From: a plasmid
Direction: 5' to 3' (one strand)
Sequence record: NZ_AP019725.1
DNA: 64,000 nucleotides
Position numbers and translations under genes: made by a program. Numbering within the stretch: the stretch's first letter is position 1; the number at the start of each line of letters is the position of its first letter. Shown here in pieces: positions 1 to 10,541 of the stretch. Below the pieces are notes generated by a model. That model had not been told where the DNA came from and searched no databases. It was given only the letters and a program-made list of their open reading frames with translations.

Positions 1-900
1 TTCAAAGCAAATAAAACGACACTCTCATCAACGTTTTGGCTTTCAAACAGAAGTGGAAAATTTCCTACCGACGGAAAACAACCTGAAGGAGCTGCACCGG
101 GAATGTTTAAACAAGAACTTGACATTTGTGAATGTATAGGCAGGACTGGTGATTTCAACGGAAATTTCTTTTATAAAGGAATGAACTCAAATGTTCATTA
201 TTGGTTTACTCCAGAGGGAGAAAATGTACAGAAAGACATCAGAGCTAAAGAAACAAGGCTATACAGAGAGGATGGAGGTGTACCATCGGACGATTTCAAT
301 GTGTATGGTTGTTGGTGGAAAGACAAAAGTTCAGCCACTTTCTATCTAAACAACACTCAATCAGGAAGTGTGGAATTCTATAATAGAGACACTAACGATC
401 CATTTTATTTTACTGAACCTATGGGCGTAAACATGGTAGTGGAAACATACCCATATCCATGGATAGAGCTCCCTAGCGATGAGGAACTTGCTGATGAAAC
501 AATGAATAAAACATATTATGACTGGGTTAGGGCTTATACTCTTATAGATATAAATGTAGAAACTGAAGAAAGCCAAAATAAAGTGTTTGGCAATAACATA
601 AATATAACTAATAAGGAGAATAGAATACTCAAAAATAAAGAAAACAAATATAGCACGGAACTGATATATACAGCCGACTATAATTGTAATGCGGTAGTAA
701 TAATATATAATAAAGACAAAAAAGAAATTTGTAGAAATTCGAGGAAACTCTTTGCAGGATATGCCAGCTTCAATCTTGAATATAGTGTAGAATATGAAAA
801 AGATAAAGTGTATTATATAGTAGCATACCTGTTACCGGAAAATGAAACAGATATAAATAAGGCTTATCAGACAGATTCATATATTTTGAAAACTTTATAA
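1..900 (+). CDS. GH16-family glycoside hydrolase, C-terminal part (5' end lies outside the window; frame 1 is open from nt 1)
   Basis: Frame 1 has no stop from nt 1. The motif STFWLSN...ELDICE matches the GH16 xWM / ExDxxE catalytic block and parallels VWMLS...EIDIIE (17845 ORF) and TFWMNN...EIDMCE (21220 ORF). Downstream VYGCWWKD...FYLNN parallels IGVWWKD...FYLNG in the paralog. The N/K-rich low-complexity tail is unusual. Confidence 0.55.
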   Translation, partial: FKANKTTLSSTFWLSNRSGKFPTDGKQPEGAAPGMFKQELDICECIGRTGDFNGNFFYKGMNSNVHYWFTPEGENVQKDIRAKETRLYREDGGVPSDDFNVYGCWWKDKSSATFYLNNTQSGSVEFYNRDTNDPFYFTEPMGVNMVVETYPYPWIELPSDEELADETMNKTYYDWVRAYTLIDINVETEESQNKVFGNNINITNKENRILKNKENKYSTELIYTADYNCNAVVIIYNKDKKEICRNSRKLFAGYASFNLEYSVEYEKDKVYYIVAYLLPENETDINKAYQTDSYILKTL

Positions 901-990
901 GCCTTTAAATATAACGAAATATGAACGATACATATTTAGGGTATTACAACAGAAAAACAAGTTTATCATAAAATAAAAAATTAACATACC

Positions 991-2601
991 ATGGTAAAAT
1001 TTAATTTTAACAGCAGCTTGGCAACAGTTATTGCAGTTGTACCCACTGTGTGCAGTATGGCTCAGGAAAAACCGATGAACGTGATATTCATCATGTCAGA
1101 TGACCACACTTCGCAAGCTATTGGAGCTTACGGAAGCCATCTGGCAAAACTTAATCCTACTCCTAATATTGATGAACTGGCCAGTGACGGAGTAGTATTC
1201 GATAATTGTTTCTGTACGAACTCTATCAGCACTCCTAGCCGTGCATGCATAATGACCGGACAATACTCTCACCATAACGAAGTTCTTACACTTGACGAAA
1301 AACTTGATGTAGACAGACAATATCTTGTGAAGGAATTCAGCAAAATGGGATATCAGACTGCCATGGTGGGTAAATGGCATCTGAAAAACGAACCTGCAAA
1401 CTTTGATTATTACAAAGTTCTTAACGGTCATGGAGGACAGGGTGAATATTTTAATCCCACATTTCTTACAAATGAAATAAGTAACAAAGAATGGCCTAAA
1501 AATCAGGTAAAGACAAATGGATATTCTTCGGATGTTATTACAAATATAACTATTGACTGGCTGAAAAACAGACGTGACAAGAACAAACCTTTCTTCCTGA
1601 TGCATCACTATAAAGCTCCTCACGATATGTTTGAGTATGCTCCACGATATAAATATTATCTCGAAGATACAGAAGTTCCGGTACCGGAATCGCTTTATAA
1701 TCAGGATGGATGGGGTTCTGAGGCTACAAGAGGGAAAAATGACTCTCTGAGACACTTCATCGGTACTTCTATTTCAAGAAGACATGAGAACAGAAGCTAC
1801 GCAGAAGACTATAAAATAAATACAGGTGATCCTAAAAAGGATACATACGAAGCGTACCAAAGATACCTGAAAGATTATCTGAGATGTGTAAAAGGTGTGG
1901 ACGACAACTTGAAAAGGCTGTTTGACTACCTGAAAAAAGAGGGACTTTGGGAAAATACCATTATTGTTTATACAGGGGATCAGGGTATGATGCTTGGTGA
2001 ACATGACTTGCAGGACAAAAGATGGATGTATGATGAATCAATGAGAATGCCTTTTATTGTGAGAGATCCAAAATCTAAGCAAAGAGGTGTACATAACGAT
2101 TTAATGATAAATAATATAGACTTTGCTCCTACTCTGATTGAACTGGCAGGCGGTAAGGCTCCAGAATATATGGACGGAAAAAGCTTTGCTGATGTATTTG
2201 AAGGTAAAACTCCTGCAAACTGGAAAGATGAGGTTTACTACAGATACTGGATGCACATGATTCACCATGATATTCCTGCACATATTGGTATAAGAACAAA
2301 AGATTATAAACTGATATTGTTCTACGGAAGACATTATGACGAAAAGACAATGGGCACTCCTTCAATGTGGTGGTTAAGAGATAAAGGCAGTCATAAGGTG
2401 GTACAAACTCCGGTTGCTTTCGAACTCTATGACTTGAAAAAGGATCCTATGGAAATGAAAAACGTAGCAAATGATCCCGAATATAAAGATGTTCTGAAAG
2501 ATATGAAAGTGCGTCTGGCTAAACTTAGAGAAAAAGTTGGCGATACTGACGAAAAATATCCTAAAATAAAAGCTATTATTGACAATGCTTTAAAGAACTA
2601 A
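991..2601 (+). CDS. S1 sulfatase (formylglycine-dependent), Ser-type
   Basis: Signal peptide then IFIMSDDH metal-binding motif. Sulfatase signature S-T-P-S-R-A-C-I-M-T-G (SxPxRxxxxTG) with Ser in the FGly position. GKWHL motif. Length 536 aa is typical. Confidence 0.85.
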   Translation: MVKFNFNSSLATVIAVVPTVCSMAQEKPMNVIFIMSDDHTSQAIGAYGSHLAKLNPTPNIDELASDGVVFDNCFCTNSISTPSRACIMTGQYSHHNEVLTLDEKLDVDRQYLVKEFSKMGYQTAMVGKWHLKNEPANFDYYKVLNGHGGQGEYFNPTFLTNEISNKEWPKNQVKTNGYSSDVITNITIDWLKNRRDKNKPFFLMHHYKAPHDMFEYAPRYKYYLEDTEVPVPESLYNQDGWGSEATRGKNDSLRHFIGTSISRRHENRSYAEDYKINTGDPKKDTYEAYQRYLKDYLRCVKGVDDNLKRLFDYLKKEGLWENTIIVYTGDQGMMLGEHDLQDKRWMYDESMRMPFIVRDPKSKQRGVHNDLMINNIDFAPTLIELAGGKAPEYMDGKSFADVFEGKTPANWKDEVYYRYWMHMIHHDIPAHIGIRTKDYKLILFYGRHYDEKTMGTPSMWWLRDKGSHKVVQTPVAFELYDLKKDPMEMKNVANDPEYKDVLKDMKVRLAKLREKVGDTDEKYPKIKAIIDNALKN

Positions 2602-2781
2602 TATTTCAGGGTATTATAAGATTTTATTTAGAAATAGAGGCTACGTAAATAGAGCTGTGTCAACCCTTTAACTTGTCATTTATTTAGTTAAATATTACTT
2701 CGAATACATCTGATTTTCAGGTGTTTATCCGAAAGTAAAATTTGAGATAATCAGGCTTGTTTAGGATTGACACAGTTTGAA

Positions 2782-5700
2782 TTACGGTCTCTCATCCTCT
2801 GATTTTCCTTTTAAATATGATGTAGGAGTTACACCAAACATTTCCTTAAACCTAAGTCTGAAAGTATTGACATCATTATAACCAATCTCCCACGCAGTCT
2901 CGGAGACATTCTTCTCGCCAGACTGAAGTAACTGAGCCGCATATTTGAATCTTATATTACGTATAAATTTCAAAGTTGTGTCTCCTGTAATAGCCTTGAT
3001 TTTCCTGTTTAAATATGTTCGCGAAACACCATACTCATCGGCAATCAGTTCTACACTTAACTCCGGATTACTCATTTCCCTTTTAATAATATTAATAATC
3101 TCGGTCATAAAATTGAGGTCAGTCTTTGTACTGGCAACCTTTTCAGGAGATATAATAGCATTTTTTGAGTATTGCTCCTGCAATCTGGCTCTATTGGCCA
3201 ATATACTTTTTATTACCCCACGCAAAGTGGACATTTCAAAAGGTTTTTCAAGATATGAATCAACATTAGCCAGATTATAACTGTCCAGTCTGTTCTTGAC
3301 AGAATTATTAGCTGTTAGTACTATAATCGGAATATGGCTTATCTCCTCATCTTTCTTTATCTCAATACACATGTCAATACCATTCATTATCGGCATGCGT
3401 ATATCTGTAATTATCAGATTAGGATAAAACTCCTTACATTTTTCAAGACCTTCCTTTCCGTTTCCAGCAGTAATGACTTCAAAATCGGAAGAAAGATTCT
3501 CGGCAACCACATTTCTCATCTGGTCATTATCCTCTACAATCAGTAAAGTCAGTTTATGAAGTTCTGAATCCTCCGACTGGTTAGTCTCCTGTTTAACTTC
3601 ATTATTCGAAAAATCCATAGACGATAATTCGTCGTCAATAAGCGATAGAGTGTCTTTCCTTAATATATCATAATATGGAATCTCACTCAATGTCACATGT
3701 TCTGTAAGTTCTCTCTTCAGTATAATATTACATTTTGTTCCTTCACCCGATTTACTGAAAATTTCGATATTTCCTCCATGAACATCAATAATATTCTTAC
3801 ACATAGACAGACCGATACCCGTACCAGCCTGCTTGAGTTTATTATGCTCCTTGCCTTGATAGAATCTCTCAAACAGATGCGACAGTTCTTCCTCAGAAAT
3901 ACCTTCACCTGTGTCCTGTACAGACACTGTTATGGTATTGGCATCATTCGCTACATATACACTTATACTTCCTCCTTGTGGGGTATATTTGAATGCATTT
4001 GAAATTACATTTACAATTACTTTCTCAAATAAAGAAATATCTATCATCGAAACTGCAGCTTCTTCAGGAGTATTTATAGAATATATTATATTCCTGTTCT
4101 CTGAGAGACACTTAAACCTCGAATAAATATCTCCAACCACATCTGACACATTAACCGGATACGGATTAAACTGTAGCTTCCCACGTTCTATTTTTCTGAA
4201 ATCCAACAACTGATTTATAAGAATTTTCAATGTGGAAACATTTTGGCGTATGAGGGTCAAATAATAAAGTTGTTTCTTGTCAGATCCACAATTATTGATT
4301 GCCGACTCCAAAGGTATCTCAATGAGAGTGAGAGGTGTCCTGAACTCATGCGACACGTCCGTAAAGAACTGAAGCTTGTATTGTGTAATTTCTTCAGCCT
4401 GCTTAGCCTCAAGATTTGCTGCAAGTACTTCTTTTTTCTTTCTATAGAAAGCTTTTAATATCAAATAAGATATATACATAAGGACGACAAACAGTAAGAA
4501 ATAAATAAAGTATGCCAGTCCGCTACGTACAAATGGTGGCTTTACGGTGAAACTCAATTGGGCTGGATGTTCGCTAACAAAACCATCTTCATTACTGGCT
4601 TTTACAATAAATATATAATCGCCCTCAGGCAAGTTGGTGTATCTTGCAGTTCTCTGAGTACTGTTAGTTAGCTGCCATTCGTTGTCAAAACCTTCAAGCT
4701 TATAGTAATACTTTAATCCTCCTGGATTGGACAACTGTAGTCCGGTAAATCTGAACGCTACATTCCTGTCATCATAATCCAGTACCAGCTCACTGTGCTC
4801 GGAATTAAATTTTAATGATGTACCATTAGTCAGCATGTCTGTTATAAAGACTTTTGGCTTTCTCTCATTTTTCACTATTTCATTACCCCTGAACACAAGA
4901 ATTCCCCTTCTGCTTCCAAATACAAGTTCACCGTTATGACGTTTAACACCACATATTTCACTGAATTCTTCTTCGGATATGCCATTATCTTTTCCATAAT
5001 GGATAATGCTGTTATCTGTTAGATTGACTCTGGAAATACCTTTGTTGCTCGATACCCATACATTATTATCCTGATCTGTCAGCACAGTTTTAATGGAATT
5101 ATTGTGCAGCCCGTTCTTTGTAGTCAGTTTTGTGCAACTGTTATTAATATAGTCGTATAATATTAATCCATTACCCATTGAGCCCATCAGCAGTTTTCCA
5201 TTATATTCCTTTATATCAAGAACATAAAGATGATTGAACCAGTCACTATCCCCACTGAATGTTATACGGTTTACTTTCAGATTTTCATCATTGATATCAA
5301 TAAAATTCAATCCACTGTCAGTACCTATCCATATTTTAGATTTATTATCAAAATACAAAGAACGGATTATATTCGAAGATAAATCAGAATTATATATAGT
5401 GAAATGTCTGTAATCCACAACATTTCCATTGTTATCAAGCTGTAATCTGAAAACTCCATTACTGTAAGTGGCAATCCACAAAACATTTTCCGAAGTTTTT
5501 TCTATTGAGAACACGAAGCCCATTTTAAGTGATGAAGGACAAGAGTAATTTACAATATCGGCAGTTTTGTTATCTATTGCAACAAGATTTGCCGGAAAAC
5601 TTGTTCCTACCCATATCAGTTTACGACCATTTTTGAGTTTTGTTTCTTCAAAAGCATAACCTCTATTCTCATATTTTGAATTGACATTTACAACTTGAAA

Positions 5701-6888
5701 CAAATCATTATAATTTTTATCTGCAGAGAGCCTGAACACCCCTTCTTCTTCTTCACCTAACCACAAATTACCGTCGGAGTCCTCAAAAACCGCACGAACC
5801 TGCATACATTCACTCTTCTGTTTTCTACCGGAAGGATCTTTATGAAAACCTTTGGGTATATAATTCTGAAACTTATGTGCTTTCTTGTTTAGTGAGTATA
5901 GTCCTCCACCTCTGATTCCAATCCATATATTGTTTTCAGAGTCAGTCATCAAGCATGACACATTATTGCTATTCAAAGATTTGACAAACTCCTTATTAAG
6001 ACTGAATTGAGTTGAATAATTTTCATTATCCTCTGATTGGGAAAGATATTCCAAACCCCTTCTATTTGCCACCCAAATATTATCAAAATCTTTTATTAGT
6101 GCAGATACAGGTTTATCGTATAGCAGGACAGGAGTAATGTTATCAAAAGTACCGTCATGAGGTTCTATTTTAAACAGTTTAGATCCACCTACAAGAATAG
6201 CACTCTTATCACCAGTTATGATATTGCCTGAGATGTGAATTTTATTTGAAACCAGCTTATCATCCTTTATACCTGTCACCAGTTCAGTATATGCATTCCT
6301 AGCAATCCAAATATTACCATATACATCCTGATATATATCCTTTATTGCGTCACTGGAAGCATTTCCCTCGAACTCAAAAAGATGTCTTTCTGTTATAATA
6401 TTTTCCTTATGGTCGAATTTAATCTTTAACAAACCATAATTCATTCCTATCCATATATCATTCTGCGAGTCAACCATTACCGCTGTAATGTCCCCCCCCT
6501 TTAAATCTTTTCTGTTTATAAGTATCTCAATGGGAAAATTTATAAATTCACCTGTTTCGTAGTCAAAACGTGACAATCCGCGTCCATAAGTACCAACCCA
6601 CAGATTATTATAGCTGTCAATATCCAGACTCAGAATCATATTTGTACTTATAGCCCCTTCCTGCCCGTCACTCAAATATGCCTTATATTCATAACCGTCA
6701 TATCTGTACAGACCATCAAGTGTTGCTATCCAGATAAAACCATACTTATCCTGAATTATATCATTGACTTCACTTTGAGGCAAATTCCTGGTACGGAATT
6801 CATACTCTTCGCCATTTATTACATATTGCGGGAAAACCTTAATTATACAAGTAAATATTATGCAAAAGAATAAACAAAATTTTTTCAT
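2782..6888 (-). CDS. Hybrid two-component system sensor kinase/response regulator with AraC-type HTH (HTCS), likely PUL regulator
   Basis: 1368 aa. Long N-terminal periplasmic beta-propeller-like repeat region, then a TM segment. HisKA (SHEFRTPLTLI), HATPase (DTGEGISEEEL..GTGIGLS), REC (LLIVEDNDQMRN..ITDIRMPIMNGID) and a C-terminal AraC HTH (GYNDVNTFRLRFKEMFGVTP). Confidence 0.9.
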   Translation of the reverse strand: MKKFCLFFCIIFTCIIKVFPQYVINGEEYEFRTRNLPQSEVNDIIQDKYGFIWIATLDGLYRYDGYEYKAYLSDGQEGAISTNMILSLDIDSYNNLWVGTYGRGLSRFDYETGEFINFPIEILINRKDLKGGDITAVMVDSQNDIWIGMNYGLLKIKFDHKENIITERHLFEFEGNASSDAIKDIYQDVYGNIWIARNAYTELVTGIKDDKLVSNKIHISGNIITGDKSAILVGGSKLFKIEPHDGTFDNITPVLLYDKPVSALIKDFDNIWVANRRGLEYLSQSEDNENYSTQFSLNKEFVKSLNSNNVSCLMTDSENNIWIGIRGGGLYSLNKKAHKFQNYIPKGFHKDPSGRKQKSECMQVRAVFEDSDGNLWLGEEEEGVFRLSADKNYNDLFQVVNVNSKYENRGYAFEETKLKNGRKLIWVGTSFPANLVAIDNKTADIVNYSCPSSLKMGFVFSIEKTSENVLWIATYSNGVFRLQLDNNGNVVDYRHFTIYNSDLSSNIIRSLYFDNKSKIWIGTDSGLNFIDINDENLKVNRITFSGDSDWFNHLYVLDIKEYNGKLLMGSMGNGLILYDYINNSCTKLTTKNGLHNNSIKTVLTDQDNNVWVSSNKGISRVNLTDNSIIHYGKDNGISEEEFSEICGVKRHNGELVFGSRRGILVFRGNEIVKNERKPKVFITDMLTNGTSLKFNSEHSELVLDYDDRNVAFRFTGLQLSNPGGLKYYYKLEGFDNEWQLTNSTQRTARYTNLPEGDYIFIVKASNEDGFVSEHPAQLSFTVKPPFVRSGLAYFIYFLLFVVLMYISYLILKAFYRKKKEVLAANLEAKQAEEITQYKLQFFTDVSHEFRTPLTLIEIPLESAINNCGSDKKQLYYLTLIRQNVSTLKILINQLLDFRKIERGKLQFNPYPVNVSDVVGDIYSRFKCLSENRNIIYSINTPEEAAVSMIDISLFEKVIVNVISNAFKYTPQGGSISVYVANDANTITVSVQDTGEGISEEELSHLFERFYQGKEHNKLKQAGTGIGLSMCKNIIDVHGGNIEIFSKSGEGTKCNIILKRELTEHVTLSEIPYYDILRKDTLSLIDDELSSMDFSNNEVKQETNQSEDSELHKLTLLIVEDNDQMRNVVAENLSSDFEVITAGNGKEGLEKCKEFYPNLIITDIRMPIMNGIDMCIEIKKDEEISHIPIIVLTANNSVKNRLDSYNLANVDSYLEKPFEMSTLRGVIKSILANRARLQEQYSKNAIISPEKVASTKTDLNFMTEIINIIKREMSNPELSVELIADEYGVSRTYLNRKIKAITGDTTLKFIRNIRFKYAAQLLQSGEKNVSETAWEIGYNDVNTFRLRFKEMFGVTPTSYLKGKSEDERP

Positions 6889-6910
6889 AAGTAACTATTC
6901 AAAATTAATT

Positions 6911-7384
6911 TTATACATATGAGTAATTCACAAATAAGTTCGTCCCTACAGATGCAAGAGCTCTGTTTGTACAATAGAAAAGCGAGTCCTTAGTATTGTA
7001 ATCAGCAGGTCTTATCCATTTGCCTTTCAATATACGCCATAGTGTCTCGGCTGGATTAAGTTCCGGAGAGTATGGTGGAAGATAGAAAAGGAATAATCCT
7101 CTATCCTCCCATATCTTTCTTATTTCCTTTATCTTTCGGTTCCTATGGACAGAAGCATTATCAAGTACAACCACCGTTTTCTTCTTTACCTCAAAAGAGA
7201 ACCTGTCAAGATAATCCACAAGCCTGTCTGCATTGATGGATTCTTGTGTTGTAAAGCCTTTATATTGATTTCTTCTGGTAATCATTCCAAAGATATTAAG
7301 TCTTGCAGCTTTCTCGGATGGAATATATACATTCTCATCTTTGAACTGCCATCCGTAAGGTACATACATGACTTTCATCAGCAT
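6911..7384 (-). pseudogene. IS630-family transposase, C-terminal DDE domain fragment
   Basis: DNASVH and LPPYSPELNP motifs of the Tc1/IS630 DD(E/D) domain. The upstream part of the gene is separated by the IS982 insertion. A reconstructed junction still shows frame changes and a TAA. Confidence 0.7.
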
Positions 7385-7393
7385 AATAAAGTT

Positions 7394-8413
7394 ACCTGTT
7401 GGCGGAATTAAATTATAAAAGATTTATGTTTAAAAAGTTGTGCATATTGTTGATATTTAGTAAATTAAAGGTGACTAAACTTTTAATAGACAAATATCGT
7501 ATGCACAACTTATATGCAATATTCGCAAAATTACTGAACATATGCAAGCAAATTGCCGGCAATTTAGTCAATGAATCCGGGAATGTACCAAGACGAGGAG
7601 TCGTCCCTAAATTCTCAGACCTTGAAGTAGTGGCCTTGAACATGGCATCAGAGGCTGTTGGTATTGACAGTGAGTCGCTGTTGTTTGCAAAGCTACAGGA
7701 ATATAGGGTTGAAATACCCAACCTTATTTCCCGCCGACAATACAATGACAGGCGTAAAATAACTTCCTCCCTATGTAATGCAATCCGAGAAGAATGGTTT
7801 CTAAAATGGATGGTGGTGAAGACTATTTCTGTATTGATTCGAAACCGATAGAAGTATGTCGTATTGCCCGTTCCAAACGTTGCAGTATGGGAAAGAAGGA
7901 TTTTAGAAAAGCACCTGGGGTAGGATACTGCGCATCATAAAGCATGTATTATTATGGGTATAAACTCCATGCAGTCTGCGGGTTAAGTGGTATCATCCAT
8001 TCCTTTGACCTCACTAAGGCAAGTGTGCATGACATTCATTACCTGAAGGATGTGAAAGTGGATTATAGTAATTGTACAGTCATAGGGGACAGAGGATATA
8101 TAAGTGCCCAAGCGCAATTGGATTTGTTTGAAACTGCCAATATCAGATTGGAGGTACCATACAGATGTAATCAAAAAGAATGGAAGCCAACATTTCCGGC
8201 TTTTGCCAAAGCGAGAAAAAGAATTGAAACCCTATTCTCACAATTGTGTGACCAGTTTATGATTATAAGGAATTATGCGAAAGATACAGATGGATTGTTT
8301 GCCCGGATTATTGGGAAGATTAGCGCACTTACAATCCTTCAATATATTAACTACAAAAATGAAAAGCCTATTGGCAGAGTTAAATATGCGCTATTTTAAT
8401 TCCGCCAACAGGT
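7394..8413 (+). mobile_element. IS982-family insertion sequence (1020 bp) with 18-bp terminal inverted repeats and a 7-bp target-site duplication TAAAGTT
   Basis: IR-L ACCTGTTGGCGGAATTAA (7394-7411) is the exact reverse complement of 8396-8413. The direct repeat TAAAGTT lies at 7387-7393 and 8414-8420. The internal transposase has IS982 hallmarks (YYYGYKLH, HD, GDRGYIS, RKRIETLFS). Confidence 0.75.
7399..8399 (+). pseudogene. IS982-family DDE transposase, disrupted (one frameshift near 7780-7850 plus an in-frame TAA near 7936)
   Basis: Two ORFs (7399-7851 and 7944-8399) sum to about 300 aa. A third frame reads ...CIDSKPIEVCRIARSKRCSMGKKDFRKAPGVGYCAS*SMYYYGYKLH, which joins them apart from one TAA. 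Confidence 0.7.
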
Positions 8414-8516
8414 TAAAGTTCTATTTAACCTTTGGAATCAAGGCTTTCAAGTTCTTGCAACTTCTCTTTCTTGTATGAATAGAGTTGCGGTGAGGGGGTA
8501 CCCCTTGGGCGTTTTC

Positions 8517-8933
8517 TTATTCGCTTATATCTTGCACCAATGCTCCTAAAAAACGTTTGAAGGTAATGTCGCTGGCTTTTTTACCGGAAGCCTTTTCCCA
8601 GGCTTCGCGTGCTTTTGACACACTCTGACGGTCTTCCTCTATAGCCTTACGGACTGCTTCCTCATCGGAACAATCCATTATAGGTTTACGACCTTGGCCG
8701 GGACGTGTTTTTAAGCCTTTGATACCATTTTCTTTATAACGTTTTATCCAAGCGTATACTGTTGGTATTGTCACATCGAATATTTCAGCTATTTCTGAAG
8801 CTGATTTTCCTGATGACTTCAACAATATGGATTTGCATCTGATACGATAGTTATGAGTAGGGCCATTATGATAGCCTTTCTCCAATTCGAGGCGATTAGC
8901 CTCACTTAATTCAAGCACTTTTATATGTTTCAT
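8517..8933 (-). pseudogene. IS630-family transposase, N-terminal HTH fragment
   Basis: 138 aa with a winged-HTH transposase-like N-terminus (VTIPTVYAWIKRYKENGIKGLKTRPGQGRKP). Continues only after frame changes into the DDE part. Confidence 0.65.
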
Positions 8934-9116
8934 GATTTACATTCTAAAATATCATGATACAATATTAATATTTTATGTTGAATATAAAAATATTTTAGAT
9001 CACTTACTTATCTCTTTTGTTTTAATAAAGTAAGTGTCAAGGCTAAAGTTACTTGTTTGTTTAGCCTTGACATTAAGAATCCGTTCCTTCGCTCAGTCTT
9101 ATAACTTATTTGTCTA

Positions 9117-10541
9117 TTATTTATATTCTTTAGGACGTCTGTATTCTTCCTGCTCATAGAACTGTTCAAGCACGCGCTTTTCGTATTTTCTTTCCAGCAT
9201 CCACATAGGTCTGTCTAGTGTCATTTCCCAGTCTGACAACATCTTATAATATTTTCTTATCAAGTCAGGATGTTTGTCGGCCAGATTATTCTGTTCGCCT
9301 TCATCCTTACTTATATCGTATAGTTCTGCTGGTCTGTCAGGGAAACGCATGAACTTCCAGTCGCCGTCTCTCACAACGCCTCTGTTTTCAATTTTCCAGT
9401 AAAGAGTCTGGTGAGGACGACCGTTATTTTTGCCAGTAAGATAGGGAATAATGTCTACACCATCCAGCGGATTTGCAATTTCCTTGTCGTAACCTGCAAG
9501 ATTGATGAAAGCAGGCAAGAAATCGAGGAAGCTTGTAGGCTTGTTGTAGTGGCTACCTTTCTTTATCACACCAGGATAAGAAATTATGGCAGGAACTCTT
9601 ACACCACCCTCAAGGAAGGTAGCTTTCATACCGCTCAGAGGATAGTTGGAAGTTTCAGTTCCGTTAGGTCCACCGTTATCGTTAGTAAACACTATGATTG
9701 TATTTTTGTCAAGTCCCAGTTCTTTAAGCTTGTCGAACACCTGTCCGCAAGCCTTGTCCATTGCCCATGCCATGGCAGCAAGACTTTTTCTTTTACCTTT
9801 CAGGTGAGCAAATTTCGCCAGGTCTTCCTTTTCAGCCTGTAGCGGAGCATGTACAGCGTTGAATGCCAGATAAACAAAGAAAGGTTTTTTTGCATTTTCC
9901 TCAATGAACTTGCAGGCTTCGTCGGCGAGCAGGTAAGTCATATACTTATCCGGTTCCTTGAAATGAGCGAATCCGTATTCAAGTCTGTTTTCCACACCCT
10001 CATCGGCAAAGGACTCTTCTTCATTCTGATAAGGATAATAATTTCTACCTCCCGAACGGAATCCCACAAATTGGTCAAAACCTCTTCTGTAAGGATGATA
10101 TTCGTCTGTAGCTCCCAGATGCCATTTTCCGAATGCTCCACAAACATAACCAGCTTCGCTAAGATAGTTTGATATAAACTTTTCTGAAGTAGGAACACCC
10201 ATGTCAAGTCCGTATTTACCGTGCTTGCTCATGTATCCCACTACATTGTTCTCTTCGATACCGAATCTCTGCTGGTAGCGTCCGGTCATAAGTCCTGCCC
10301 TTGATGGTCCGCTCACCGCATCGGTGGTATACATCTGGTGGAGTATCATTCCGTTTTCCGCCAGCTTGTCAAGATTGGGAGTTTCAAACTATTTGCTTCC
10401 CTGAAAACCGAAATCAGCATATCCGGCATCATCTGAGAGAATAAACACAATGTTTGTTTTTTTTTGTTCGTTGTTTCCTTCTGCCCATGCAATTGCCGGA
10501 ACAAGTAAGAGAGTTGCTTTTAGAATTTCAGATGTTTTCAT
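9117..10541 (-). pseudogene. S1 sulfatase (Ser-type) interrupted by an in-frame TAG at 10389-10391
   Basis: Same-frame reading upstream of the annotated 410-aa ORF gives [88 protein letters not shown]. This is a full signal peptide plus the DDxG metal site, with a single stop and no frameshift. Confidence 0.75.

Larger units (their letters stand above)
6889..9010 (-). mobile_element. Decayed IS630-family insertion sequence (about 1.09 kb backbone) carrying a nested IS982-family insertion; flanked by TA dinucleotides
   Basis: Split IS630/Tc1-type transposase: the N-terminal HTH part is at 8517-8933 and the DDE part at 6911-7384 (VVLDNASVH...YLPPYSPELNPAETLW). Imperfect terminal similarity between ATAAGTAACTATTCAAAATTAATT (6888-6911) and the reverse complement of 8987-9011. 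Boundaries are approximate. Confidence 0.55.

Noticed and set aside
1096-2365. Antisense ORFs inside the first sulfatase gene (1096-1755, 1774-2004, 2101-2334, 2129-2365)
   Set aside because: They are fully embedded opposite a well-supported sulfatase CDS. They have low-complexity composition and no motifs.
2945-4458. Plus-strand ORFs inside the HTCS gene (2945-3280, 3334-3546, 3697-4002, 3911-4126, 4243-4458)
   Set aside because: They are embedded antisense to a 1368-aa domain-complete HTCS, and are AT-rich codon artefacts.
7145-7745. ORFs 7145-7411 (+) and 7413-7745 (-) in the IS630/IS982 region
   Set aside because: They are opposite-strand shadows of the transposase fragments.
8275-8478. 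67-aa ORF spanning the IS982 right inverted repeat
   Set aside because: It crosses the IS terminus and target duplication, and no coding signal is plausible.
9411-10207. ORFs 9411-9842 (+), 9849-10172 (+) and 9938-10207 (-) within the sulfatase pseudogene
   Set aside because: They are antisense or alternative-frame to a clearly homologous sulfatase reading frame.
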